This document shows positions 24,854-37,186 of a stretch of DNA of 64,000 bases, in pieces. The position numbers were made by a program, and so were the translations under genes. The notes below the pieces were generated by a model. The model was not told the DNA's origin. It did no database searches and saw only the letters and a list, made by a program, of their open reading frames with translations. Each line of letters starts with the position of its first letter. The first letter of the stretch is position 1. Source of the stretch: Octopus sinensis (Eukaryota); the NCBI RefSeq assembly GCF_006345805.1, contig NC_043014.1, positions 40,424,001-40,488,000 of the forward strand, given 5' to 3'.

Positions 24854-25020
24854 TTGGTGATGCAATAAGAAAATAGAACTTCAAAACATAAGTGTCTATT
24901 TTTTTATTAATAATCTCTTTATAATCTCAAAAGTTACAGAGTGACTCAAGGGCTGAGAATTTCATGCATTGGCACTTACAAAGTTTGATATGTGCATTAG
25001 TATTTGTCAAATTTGAAATA

Positions 25021-25340
25021 TATTGGGTCATCCCATAAATAACACGGTTTTTTAATACTCCTTTTATTTTTCAAAATTAAGATAAACAAAGTTGTTTTTT
25101 AAATCTAAAATATACTCTCCTTCATTTTCTAAAATGCTTTTCCATCTATCAGGTAGACTTGCACGGTCCCTCTTCCAAAATTCACTTGTCCCTGATGAAA
25201 AATACTCCTCCAGTACTTTTCTAACCTCATCTGTAGAATTCATATTTTTTCTGTCCAAATGATTTTGAAGACTGTGAAATAAATGATAATTATACGGGAC
25301 AATGTCCAGTGAATATCGTGGGTGCTGCATTGTTTCCCAT
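25021..25340 (-). mobile_element. Mariner transposon 3' relic
   Basis: HPRYSLDIVPYNYHLFHSLQNHL..LPDRWKSILENEGEYILD; TIR TATTGGGTCATCCCATAAAT. Confidence 0.8.
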
Positions 25341-26073
25341 TCAAATCCACTCACAAGTCTTTGGTTGGCCTGAAGCTCTAGTAGAAGACACTTGCCCAAG
25401 GCACCACACAGTGGAACTGAACCTTGAACCATGTGGTTAGAAAGCAAACTTCTTACCACTCAAACTATTGCAATTTTATTAAATGTAACAAATTGTCCAC
25501 CCCTTTCTCACAAGACCCCAACCAACTGGAAAGTAGGGAAAATATATTCTCGAATCTCACTATGAGAAATTCTGACCACGTAATCTGTAGGTTTCATCCA
25601 TGAATGTAGATTTTCAGAGTTTATTCTTAATACGGTATACATTTCTTGCAGAAGTACAATTTGGTCAGTTATAATAATTTTAATCTTTTTTTCACTATTT
25701 TTAATCTTTTTGTCCAGTAAGTAACATCACAACACCAGTAACAATTTCATCTCTTTCAATGAAGAATTTCACTTAAAACTGTAAACTTATCTGGCTTCCT
25801 CTCAGTATAATGATTTTTGTTTGTTTGTTTTTTTTTTGTTTTTTTTTTGGGGGGGGGGGGTGAACATTTACCATTGTGTTACTATGGTTATTTTTTTACT
25901 AACTAAAATCTAAATAAGTGATTTTGAGTTCCACTTATTTACCACTATCTTTATCTTTTACTTATTTCTGTCATTATGCTGTGGCTTTGCTTGAGTACCA
26001 TTTCGAAGAAATTAAGTCAAATAAATTGACCCCAGTTCTTTTTCTTATTTTAAAATCTGGTGCTTACATATAT

Positions 26074-26350
26074 ACAATTGCAGCGTGGAAGGTGTTTATA
26101 AGCCATTTAAGAAACACACAAAAGCTGTCACATTCACTTCAACATTTAAATTTCATTTGTTAAAATATTTTCGTCGCTTTGAGACCGCGAACTATTCATT
26201 GACAAAATTTCGTGCTGCATCTCAATGAACAGGTTGTGGTCTCAAAGTGATGAAAATATTTTGACAAATTAAATTTAAATGTTGAAGTGAATCTAACGAT
26301 TTTTGTGTGTTTCTTAAATGGCTTATAAACACCTTCCACGATGCAATTGT
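26074..26350. mobile_element. Foldback MITE with inverted arms of about 120 bp
   Basis: ACAATTGCAGCGTGGAAGGTGTTTATAAGCC..GGCTTATAAACACCTTCCACGATGCAATTGT. Confidence 0.8.
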
Positions 26351-26406
26351 TTTCGTTTCAGCACACGATCTCAGATCAAGTCACTTGCTATGCAAGTACA
26401 TCTCTG

Positions 26407-26449
<43 letters not shown>

Positions 26450-27060
26450 CAAGAGGCTTTTTTCAGTTTCCATCTACCAAATCCACACACAAGGTTTTGG
26501 TTGGCTTGAGGCTTTAGCAGAACACACTTGCCCAAGGTGTCACACAGTGGAACTATATTCTGTTATTTTACATTATTTTTAACTCTGTAAATTATACCAG
26601 CGAAGAAAAAAGGCCATTGAAGATGGTGGCTGCTGCTTCTGCTCTTGTTGTTCATGTATTTCATGATCTGGTAGTAATTAATATCATAATTCTAATTCTG
26701 TCATTTCATACTGGTAATATATAAATGTGAACTATAGAACCTTTTATTCATATATGTAAAATTGACATTTAAAGACTGAACTTGCTTCCCTAGTGTGCCT
26801 TGCTCTATTTCTATGATAGTAATTTTCCATTACCTCCCTAACAATTCAACACTAAATTGACACATTCCTGTCTGATAAATTAAGTTACAGTCACAACATA
26901 GTCTACACTTCAACAAATTGTCATGTTTATTCTGAAAGGACATGCCAAGATAAGTGACACTCAGCAACTAAGTACACATGGTTTCAAATTTCGGCACAAG
27001 GCTAGTAAGATTAGGGGAGCAGTAAATTGATTACACTGACCTCGGTGCTCAACTGCTATT

Positions 27061-27340
27061 TATTGGGTTGTCCGGAAAGTTCTTGCCGATTTATAGTAGC
27101 TTACCTTTCAACTTATTTTAGAACATGGTTGAGTCCATAAAATAGAATTTGACTATACCTCCATTTAGAGCACAGTTTAAGCTATCTTTTCGTGGAAGAA
27201 GATTTATGTTCCTATAACCTGTGTTAATTCTGTAACCCTTTAAAATGGAAGATAAGAAAGTTCATTTTCGGCACTTGATGCTTTGGGAACCAGACAAAAA
27301 TTGCTGCAGCTCGGCTGGGATGTGTTACCCCTCCTTCCAT
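27061..27340 (+). mobile_element. Internally deleted mariner, 3'-truncated copy
   Basis: Near-identical to the first part of 35425-35975. Confidence 0.8.
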
Positions 27341-27454
27341 TTTGTTTGCAAGATTCCCAATGTGAAAACATACTGAAACAGAGTTTATTGTACCTAGGAA
27401 GATATACAGTACAGTACTGTTTCTGCTTCACAGATTTTCACCTATTTTCACCTA

Positions 27455-27860
27455 GGTGTAGGAGTGGCTGTGTGGTAAGTAGCTTGCTTACCAGCCAAAT
27501 GGTTCCGGGTTCAGTCCCACTGCATGGCATCTTGGTCAAGTGTCTTCTACTATAGCCTCGGGCCGACCAAAGCCTTGTGAGTAGATTTGGTAGACGGAAA
27601 CTGAAAGAAGCCCGTCGTAAATATGTATATATATGTGTGTGTGTGTATATGTTTGTGTGTCTGTGTTTGTCCTCCTAGCATTGCTTGACAACTGATGCTG
27701 GTGTGTTTACGTCCCCGTCACTTAGCGGTTCGGCAAAAGAGACCGATAGAATAAGTACTGGGCTTACAAAGAATAAGTCCCGGGGTCGATTTGCTCGACT
27801 AAAGGTGGTGCTCCAGCATGGCCGCAGTCAACTGACTGAAACAAGTAAAAGAGTAAAAGA
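27455..27860 (+). mobile_element. SINE family C, full length
   Basis: GGAGTGGCTGTGTGGTAAG head through GAGTAAAA tail. Confidence 0.85.
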
Positions 27861-27989
27861 GTATTGCTGGATGGTTTTGGAACATAACAACCCTGATAGT
27901 CAACACTATATATATGTGATACTGCACATATATATTAAAACTGCATGATGTACATAGGTGCATACAGAAATATCTAACCGTTTTTGTAT

Positions 27990-28732
27990 TTAAACCAGCC
28001 ATAAGAGTGTAAGTGCCCTGAGAGAAATGCTGGACATAAGAATCGGATGTGGCGTGCAAGAGAAATGTTTGCACTGGTATGGTCATGTACTACGGATGGA
28101 TGAGGAGAGATGTGTGAAGAAGTGCCACTCCCAAACAGTTGAAGGAATCTGGGGTAGAGGTAGACCCAGGAAGACATGGGATGAGGTGGTTAAGCCTAAC
28201 CTTCGAATGTTGGGCCTCACAGAGGCAATGACAAAAGACTGAGACTTCTAGAGATATGCTGTGACTGTGAAGACCCGACAAATAATGTGAGTTCATGGCT
28301 GTTTCCTACACCAGCTTCACATAGCAGCTCCAGCCCATCTAAAGTACCTTGGATTGCAGGAAGGCCTGCTGTGCTTACCTTGGATTGTAGGGTGACTTGC
28401 TGTGCTTGAGGAGACCTATTGAGTCAAGTAAATCAACATCAAAATAAAAATCAAATGGAAATTGTAGTTGCGATATCCGTGCCGGTGGCATGTAAAAAGC
28501 ACCAACCGATCATAGCTGTTGCCAGCCTCCCCTGGCACCTGTGCCAGTGGCACGTAAAAAGCGCCCACTACACTCATGGAGTGGTTGGCGTTGTTAGGAA
28601 GGGCATCCAGCTGTAGAAACACTGCCAGATCAGACTGGAGCCTGGTGCAGCCTCCTGGCTTCCCAGACTCCGGTCAAACCATCCAATCCGTGCTAGCATG
28701 GAAAATGGATGTTAAACGACGATGATGATGAT
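27990..28732 (+). mobile_element. RTE LINE 3' fragment (RT C-terminus, 3' UTR and (GAT)n tail)
   Basis: LHWYGHVLRMDEERCVKKC..GRGRPRKTWDEVV. Confidence 0.85.
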
Positions 28733-28924
28733 ATCCGGCCAAAATATTCTACCTATTTTATGTTCAAACTGACCGAATCTGACTCCTCATAACAACTGTA
28801 CAGTATCATTCTAAAGATTAACGGTTGTTTCATCAAAGCCTCAAAGCTACAAGATAATGCATGATTAATTCAAAACAATGTGAATAAATTAGAAATATTG
28901 AATTTCTAAATGTCTCAACGAGAC

Positions 28925-29180
28925 ATGAGCGGTGGTGGAGCGATAGAGTGGTTGTATAAAGTCAGCATAACATGACAGTCCCATAGAGGGAATTACACCA
29001 CCGCTATATAGCCCTAGGAAGCATCGACGCTTCCTGTCGGCTTTGACACATTTTCTGTGTGCTTATATTTTCAAAGGGGAGGCAAGCACCCCCACCATCT
29101 AGGACCAGCAACCTGTATACATGCATGTTTCTGGGTATTTCCCGTCATCAGTTCAGGGTAGCATGTCCCTGCTAGTGAAG
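28925..29180 (-). mobile_element. Family E, structured short element with hammerhead motif (retrozyme-like)
   Basis: Aligns by eye with 42827-43070; hammerhead motif at 29112-29157. Confidence 0.65.
29112..29157 (-). ncRNA. Minimal type I hammerhead ribozyme motif
   Basis: CCTGAA-CTGATGA-CGGG aaata CCCA-GAAAC ATGCAT GTA-TACAGG. Confidence 0.65.
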
Positions 29181-29382
29181 CATTACTTTTGACAAAATAG
29201 CTTAATACCGCAAAAGCTTTTCAAATTCATGAATTGTAGTTTGTACTGTTGAAACTGTACAAGTGTCCAGAATCTGTATGTTCCCTCTATGTATCAATCA
29301 TTACAAGTCTTTGTCTTACATTTATGTGTATTGCTTGATGTGTTTCATGACCAACAGAAGTTAGAAGTTCTGCATATTATGG

Positions 29383-29840
29383 GCGTAGGAGTGGCTGTGT
29401 GGTAAGTAGCTTGCTTACGAACCACATGGTTCCAGGTTCAGTCCCACTGCATGGCAATTTGGGCAAGTGTCTTCTACTATAGCCTCAGGCTGACCAAAGC
29501 CTTGTGAGTGGATTTGGTAGATGGAAACTGAAAGAAGCCCGTCGTATATATGTATATATATAGTTAATCCAAACATGAAAACACAACAGCGTGAGGACGT
29601 GGAACAAGTATAGTGTTATTGGACGCTCAGGAAATAAGGAGGGTTTAACGTTCCGAGCGGAGCTCTTCGTGAGAAACATATTATAAAAGGAAAGAGCCAA
29701 AGAAGGGAACACAGAGGAAAAGAATCGCCAACGGTACACACGTATATATATATGTATATGTGTGTGTATATGTTTGTGTGTCTGTGTTTGTTTCCCCAAC
29801 ATCACTTGACAACCAATGCTGGTGTGTTTACATCCCCGTA
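29383..29840 (+). mobile_element. SINE family C with a nested Penelope-LTR-like insert (about 29562-29745)
   Basis: Head, (TA)n, insert, (TA)n, then SINE body. Confidence 0.75.
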
Positions 29841-30611
29841 ATTTAGTCTACTTACTCAAATACTCAGCAAAACCACAGCCTACGTGCTGAAATAATCGGT
29901 CAAATAATAGTCTAAATAAAAAATAACAATAAACTCATTTAAATACTATGGTTTTTACCATCCCTCCAAATATAGAAACTGTTTATACTGAAACATTGTG
30001 ATCTATGTTAAAACATCATTTTGTTGAATTGAGGAAACTATTACATTAGATAACAAGAAATACATAAGATCAGAACCTATGCCAATCTTACCTGGATCCA
30101 AAGTCCTGTATTTGAGTAGATATAGTAAATACAGATTACATAATCAATAGTTAGATTATGTTGATATATCAAAACATTGTGCTGGACTCTCAACATTTCC
30201 AAGAAATCAAGCTTCCTCTCTTTCATAGTAACTGAAACCACCTTTGCAGCAATTCATGTGGTTTGAGCTACATGGCCATTGAAGCCAATCCTTTCTCCTC
30301 TCTAATTGAACAGGAGTTTAGTAGGACACATGTTCCAATGAAGGAATCTTTTTGTGGTTGCTCAATATACTCTAACTCCTTAAAGAGAAGAGTATATTGA
30401 AAAATTTACACTCATGTGGACTTGTGTACATTTCCCAGATAAATTTTGCATTGTTACACATCTGTGACCTCTTCAGTGACTCTTTCCATCCATGTGTATC
30501 CTCCTACTCCACCTAGTCCATTATCAAAAGATTTCCAGACAATGGACATTAGATAAATTTTGCATAATTTTCAGATAATTGCTACAGACATTTGTTTTTT
30601 TTTATAATATA

Positions 30612-30776
30612 GGCGCAAGAGTGGGTGTGTGGTAAGTAGTTTGCTTACCAATCACATGGTTCCGGGTTCATTCCCACTGCATGGCACCTTGGGCAAGTGT
30701 CTTCTGCTATAACCTCAGGCCAACCAAAGCCTTGTGAGTGGATCTGGTAGACAGAAACTGAAGGAAGTCCGTCGTA

Positions 30777-30811
<35 letters not shown>

Positions 30812-31062
30812 CTATATATATATATATATATATATGTAGTGTGTGATATGTGTGTGTGTGTCTGTGTTTGTCTCCCCAACATCGTTTGACAACCGCTGGT
30901 GGTGTGTTTACGTCCCCTTAACTTAGCAGTTCGGCAAAGGAGATTGACAGAATAAGTACTCGGCTTACAAAGAATAAGTCCTGGGGTCGATTTGCTCGAC
31001 TAAAGGTGGTGCTCCAGCATGGCCGCAGTCAAATGACTGAAACGAGTAAAAGAGTAAAGAGT
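30612..31062 (+). mobile_element. SINE family C, full length
   Basis: Matches family C. Confidence 0.85.
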
Positions 31063-32007
31063 ACATAAGCAGAAATTAATTCAAACCAATTTTTTTTTTA
31101 GTTGAATTTGAAAAAAACCAAACTGATCTAAAAGTATTAATAGCTGCTCATTTAAAATCTTTTGTAATTAGTTTAGGCATTGAAGCTAACAGGTACAAGA
31201 AAAGCTTGTTATAACTCCCTTAAGTTATTTTGCTAATAAGTATAGGCAACAGGTAAAACATCACTATTCATTAAACCATGTACCAATTAATGTTACTCGT
31301 CAAATTTTTGTTCGTTAGTAATACAGCAGATTTCTACTATCCTTACTCCTGCAGAATCCCGTCTGCGAACTAATTATCTTGAGAGTCATTTTCCACCACG
31401 TCATATTAATTCTTCTTTAGGTTTCTTTTGCCATCAGTTTATTCAGTAAATGACCCATTTTCATTCATTTACCTGCCACTTTTGTAAACATCATCTGATA
31501 CTTGTTAATCAAGTAAGAAATCAAATTATTAACTCCAATTTAGTTGTATTTTGGGAGGGTCATTATGCTGATAATAAACATGTGCACTGGTTCTATTTTA
31601 CTACTACTACTATTACTACTACTATACTACTACTACTACTACTACTATACTACTACAACTACTACTCAATTGGTTAACTGTTTAAATAATTAACTAATTA
31701 ACTATTTAATTAACCTTCCCGAGATGCAGCAAAATCTGTTTCACATTGAGAATCTTATAAACCGGATACAAAAATGAAACCTTAAATCCAACATATAATG
31801 TACAGTTAATACATAGAATTATCCAACACTGTGAAATGATTGATGCCAGGAAATGTTGTCTTGCTGAAAATAAAGCATTTTGCTAGCTTGATTTAAGGAA
31901 TTGCAGTATAGAAATAAGTCTAGAATCTTAACTATAAAAAACAAAAACAGAAAAACAATTCCTGTAACTGTTTCATAGTTGAATTACTGACCAGTTTGTA
32001 ACTGGTA

Positions 32008-33215
32008 TAAGGTGGATTCCAGAAGTTTTCAAACATTTTCAGGAGGGACATTTATTAATTTCAAAGAAGTACAGAACTCTGATCTCCTTCAAGGATCCCT
32101 TGACTTCAATGCATGTGTAGTGCTCCAACCTTTTTGTGAAGGCCCCGTGGAAGATCTCCAAAGTGAAGGTGTCCAAAACCCTTGCCACAGCATCCTTCAT
32201 CTTCAAAATGACTGACCCTGAGGTGCTCCTTCAGCTTGAAGAACAACCAAAAGTCACAGGGACAAGGTCTGGACTGTGGAGAAAAGTGAGGGTCAGTTTT
32301 GATGTCCATCTCTGTCAAGTAGTTGCTTACCAGGATGTTTGTCACTGACCAGCCTGGAAACAAATTTTTCATAAGTTTCATGCATGTTCAGATCTTCACG
32401 AATAATTCTGTGGACAGTTGCTGCACCACCTCTAAACTGTATGCTTATTGTCTTTATAGATACACAAACACAGCAGCCTTCATTCAGAAAATTATGAATT
32501 TTCTCAACCAGCTCTGACGCTTCTCTCCCTACCACTCTTCTCATTATCTCACAACTTCTCTCTCCCAGCCTTGAGCTTCTTGTGCCAGCAAAAACGTTAA
32601 TCCATAAACAGTCTGGATCATCTCATTAGTTCATTAGTTTCTGTAGTGGTTTTCCCCAGTTTAGCACAGATGGCGGCAAGCTGGCAGAATCGTTAGCACG
32701 CCGGGCGAAATGCTTCACGGTATTTCGTCTGCTGTTACTTTCTGAGTTCAAATTCCGCCGAGGTTGACTTTGCCTTTCATCCTTTCGGGGTCAATTAAAT
32801 AAGTACTAGTTATGCACTGGAGTTGATATAATCATCTTAATCCGTTTGTCTGTCCTTGTTTGTCCCCTCTGTGTTTAACCCCTTGTGGGTAGTAAAGAAA
32901 TAGGTATTTTTTTCTGCTGCTACTTTCTGAGTTCAAATTCCACCGAGGTCGACTTTGCCTTTCATCCATTCAGGGTCGATAAATTAAGTACCAGTTACGC
33001 ACTGGGGTCCGTTTGTCTGTCCTTGTTTATCCCCCTCTGTGTGTAGCCCCTTGTGGGCAGTAAAGAAATAAGTTTAGCACAGAACTTTATTGCATAGTGA
33101 GCTTTCAAATTGTCTTCATGTCCCAACTGCATTCCGCAAAACTAATCGGTTGTGACAATCAGTGTTTAGTAGAGTGTGTTCAAGGTGCTGTTACAGCCAC
33201 CTCCTTCAGTCAGGA
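32008..33215 (-). mobile_element. Degenerate mariner interrupted by a SINE B dimer
   Basis: TVHRIIREDLNM..KFV (HTH region) and PCDFWLFFKLKEHLR motifs; TIR-like TATAAGGTGGATTCCAGAAG. Confidence 0.75.
32671..33070 (+). mobile_element. SINE family B dimer with 13-bp target-site duplication
   Basis: AGTTTAGCACAGA at 32658-32670 and 33071-33083. Confidence 0.85.
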
Positions 33216-33359
33216 ATAAAAGAAAAGATGCCAGGTCAGCTTATTAGATGTATAGTAATGATATACTTAAATCAGAATATTCTAGGACATTGGAACTGCC
33301 ACTCCTGAAAAAGGTCTCAAAACTTATGGAATGCACCATGTATTTTATTTTTTCTACAG

Positions 33360-33429
33360 AGATCCACCGGAACCTTCAGGAGAAGAACCTGATGATGAAG
33401 ACTTTGAAATGCCTAAAGTTTATGAACCT
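33360..33429 (+). CDS. DNAH5: Dynein heavy chain short exon (DPPEPSGEEPDDEDFEMPKVYEP)
   Basis: CAG acceptor, GTAAGT donor, 70 nt, phase 2-0; bridges DFLR and IESF as in DNAH5. Confidence 0.92.
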
Positions 33430-33987
33430 GTAAGTTTTTTTTTTTAAATGTACCATCTTTTGATATGATTCTGTGAAAGGTTGCCATAGTAACACTCTTT
33501 TATTCTTTTATTCTTTTACTGATTTCATTCATTGGACTGCAGCCATGCTGGAACTTAAAAGTTTTAGTTGATCATGTTGACTCCACTACTTATTTTAGCC
33601 TGTTCTCATTTTATTGATCTTTGTGTGATAATGGTGGAGGGGCATGGCTTAGTGGTTAGGGTGTTGGACTCATGATTATGAGATTGTGGTTTCGATTCCT
33701 GGACTTTTATGACATGTTGTGTTCTTGAGCAAGACACTTAATTTCATGTTACTCCAGTCCACTCAGCTGACAAAAACGAGTAATCCTGCGATGGACTGAT
33801 TTCCCATCCAGGTGGGGAATATATATGGCAGAATGGCAACCAGGAGACTGGCTCTTATGAATCCATATGACATGTGAAGGGACTTTACCACTTTACTACA
33901 TGTGATTATGATTACTGATTGTGCCAATTAAAGGAAGAACCAAACTGCCCATTATTAATTAGTGTATTAACACTAATACACTAATAA

Positions 33988-34410
33988 CAGGTGCAGGAGT
34001 GGCTGTGTGGTAAGTAGCTTGCTTACCAACCACATGGTTTTGGGTTCAGTCCCACTGCATGGCATCTTTGGCAAGTGTCTTCTACTATAGCCTGGGTCGA
34101 CCAATGCCTTGTGAGTGGATTTGGTAGACGGAAACTGAAAGAAGCCTGTTGTATATATGTATATATATCTATATATATGTATGTGTGTGTATATGTTTGT
34201 GTGTTTGTGTTTGTCCCTCTAGCATTGCTTGACAACCGATGCTGGTGTGTTTATGTCCCCGTCACTTAGCGGTTCGGCAAAAGAGACCGATAGAATAAGT
34301 ACTGGGCTTACAAAGAATAAGTCCCGGGGTCGATTTGCTCCTTGACTAAAGGCGGTGCTCCAGCATGGCCACAGTCAAGTGACTGAAACAAGTAAAAGAG
34401 TAAAAAAAGA
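33988..34410 (+). mobile_element. SINE family C, full length
   Basis: Matches family C; ends about 35 bp before the exon at 34447. Confidence 0.85.
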
Positions 34411-34446
34411 GAGAGTAACTTAATAGGATTTTTTTCTCTATTACAG

Positions 34447-34700
34447 ATTGAATCATTTGATCAACTCCGAGAATGGCTTCAGATTTATTTAGAGCAATAC
34501 AACGAAACCATTCGAGGAACAGGAATGGATTTGGTATTTTTTGAAGATGCTATGATCCACTTGATGAAAATATCACGAATAATTCGTACAGCAAGGGGGA
34601 ATGCTTTGCTCGTGGGTGTTGGTGGATCAGGGAAACAGTCTTTAACTCGACTTGCTTCTTATATTGCAGGTTATCAAATATTTCAAATTACATTGTCAAG
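34447..34700 (+). CDS. DNAH5: Dynein heavy chain exon, AAA4 P-loop (GVGGSGKQS)
   Basis: IESFDQL...[10 protein letters not shown]...FQITLSR; 254 nt, phase 0-2; GTTGGT donor required by the frame. Confidence 0.95.
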
Positions 34701-35424
34701 GTTGGTATGCTTTGTCTTCTGATAACTGTTGGCTTTAGCATAGTAGTTCTTATTATTGAGAAGTAAAAACTGAAGTGAAGGCATCTATTATGAAAGATGA
34801 ATACGATGTCTTTTGCTCCAGAATGGTTAAAACATAGAAACAGTAAAAATGAAAGAAAAAGAATAGAAATTTTAAAATAAGTACTTTTATGAATGGCTAA
34901 CTGGTGTTCGTGCTGGTGGCATGTAAAAAGCACCATTTGAGAGTGATCATTATCAGTGTCGCCTTAATGGCACTTGTGCTGGTGTGCAGTTGACACGTAA
35001 AAAAAACCCACAAATTTTTGGGGGCTGTTGCCAGTACCGCCTGACTGGTCCTTGTGCCGGTGGAATGTAAAAGCACCCACTACACTCTCGGAGTGGTTGG
35101 TGTTAGGAAGGGCATCCAGCTGTAGAAACTCTGCCAGATCAAAACTGGAGCCTGGTGCAGCCATCTGGTTCGCCAGTCCTCAGTCAAATCGTCCAACCCA
35201 TGCTTGCATGGAAAGCGGATGTTAAACGATGACGACGACGATGATGATCATCATATGACGCTGGCAGTGGCAAGGAGGAGGAAAATCTAGATTTTATAAA
35301 AAAACCCCAAAAAACTACATTTTAGCACAAGAACAATATGGCCACACACTTCTGTTGATGATGTTGGTAGGATGATGAGAGGTGATGATGCAGTTACCTA
35401 TCATGACAGGAGCGAAATGTTTAT

Positions 35425-35975
35425 TATTGGGTTGTCCGGAAAGTTCATGCTGATTTATAGTAGCTTACCTTTCGACTTATTTTAGAACATGGTTGAGTTC
35501 ATAAAATAGGATTTTAGTACACCTCCATTTAGAGCACAGTTTAAGCTATCTTTTTGTGGAAGAAGGTTTATGTTCCTATAACCTGTGTTAATTCTGTAAC
35601 CCTTTAAAATGGAAGATAAGAAAGTTCATTTTCGACACTTGGTGATTTGGGAACCAGACAAAAATTGGTTCAGCTCGGCTGGGATGTGTTACCCCATTCT
35701 CCATATTCACCAGATATTGCTCCTTATTCAGGTCTCCTTATTCAGGTCTCTGAATAAGTCTTAATGGTAAAAATTTCAATTCCTTGGATGATGTAAAAAG
35801 ATACCTTGATGAATTCTTTGTCTGGGAAGAAGGTATTTTCAAGTTAAAGGAAAGATGGAGACGCATTGTGCAATAAAATGGTTCATATTTGGTTGATTAA
35901 GAATGTAATGGCAAGTATTTATTGACCTTTTTCTTTCTTTTAAAAATTGGCATGAACTTTCCAGACAACCCAATA
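35425..35975 (+). mobile_element. Non-autonomous, internally deleted mariner with both TIRs
   Basis: TA-TTGGGTTGTCCGGAAAGTTCATG..CATGAACTTTCCAGACAACCCAA-TA; MEDKKVHFRHL joined to LGWDVLPHSPYSPDIAP. Confidence 0.88.
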
Positions 35976-36011
35976 TAAACCAAGATGAACATGAAGACAA
36001 ATGTTAACCTA

Positions 36012-36230
36012 CCCTTTAGCATCCAAATTTCTCTGTCAAATGTAATGTTCATTTATTCACATTATTTTGAATTAATCATGTATTACCTCATAATTTTGAG
36101 ATTTTGATGGTATGATTGTTTATTTTTAGAATAAATTTGTAGGGTAGATGTGACAGGTGCAATATTGCTGGTTTTAACATAACACAGAATATTTGGGTCA
36201 GACATGGTTGGTTTATTAAATGCTAAAGGG
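36012..36230. mobile_element. piggyBac-like MITE
   Basis: CCCTTTAGCAT..ATGCTAAAGGG termini. Confidence 0.6.
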
Positions 36231-36945
36231 TTGAATCACTTCTCAGTTTTAAAATAGTTCTTCACTTTTCTTCTGCAACTTATATCTGCCAATGCATGTG
36301 TAGGAGTCAAGTAACAAGGAGCAGAAAACGTCCAGAGGGCTATAGGCAAAGGGCCTATAACCACAATGCCTCTAGGCACAAAGCCTATCAGCACAAGGCT
36401 TGAATTTTTGGGTGGAAGGGACTTGTTTATTACATCAACCCCCAATACACAACTGGTACTTAGTTCACATTTCAAAGACACACAACAGGTGAAAACTACC
36501 ATGCATACCACATTTCAAACATTGTTGGGGTTGTGCTATACCTAGTTCTGTAGGTATTTTTTTCCTTTTTGTGTTATCTTTAATCTAATTAACGATTAAT
36601 TAGATTAAATTAATCTAATTATGACACTCTCGGAGTGGTTGGCATTAGGAAGGGCATCCAGCTGTAGAAACTTTGCCAGATCAGATCAGAGCATGGTGCG
36701 GCCTTCTGGCTCACCAGTCCTCAGTCAAACTGTCCAACCCATGCCCGCATGGAAAATTGACGTTAAACGATAGTGGTGGTGGTGGTGGTGGGCGGCGGCA
36801 GCAGTGGTGTCGTCTTCTTCTTCTTCTTCTTCTTCTTCTTCTCTTCTTCTTCTTCTTCTTCTTCTTCTTCTTCTTCTTCTTCTTCTTCTTCTCCTCCTCC
36901 TCCCCCTTCTTTATCTAATGTAAAAATATTTGTCTTCCATTGCAG

Positions 36946-37099
36946 ATCTTACAATGTTATCAACCTATTAGAAGACCTGAAACACCTCTATCGAGTAGCA
37001 GGGCTTTATGGAAAAGGAATTACTTTCCTATTTACTGATCAAGAAATTAAAGATGAAGGTTTTTTGGAATACCTTAACAATGTGTTATCTTCTGGCCTC
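36946..37099 (+). CDS. DNAH5: Dynein heavy chain exon, AAA4 ([12 protein letters not shown]...[23 protein letters not shown])
   Basis: CAG acceptor, GTAAGT donor, 154 nt, phase 2-0. Confidence 0.96.
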
Positions 37100-37186
37100 G
37101 TAAGTTTTCCATATGTTTAAACACATCCTTGTTTTTGGATTTGGTTTGCAAGATTCTTTATATGAGTTCGTGTGTTGAAGCATACT

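Noticed and set aside
30170-30550. Very old LINE endonuclease-like traces (also near 14380-14620)
   Set aside because: Only a GLGGVG-like motif is recognisable, so boundaries and family cannot be supported.
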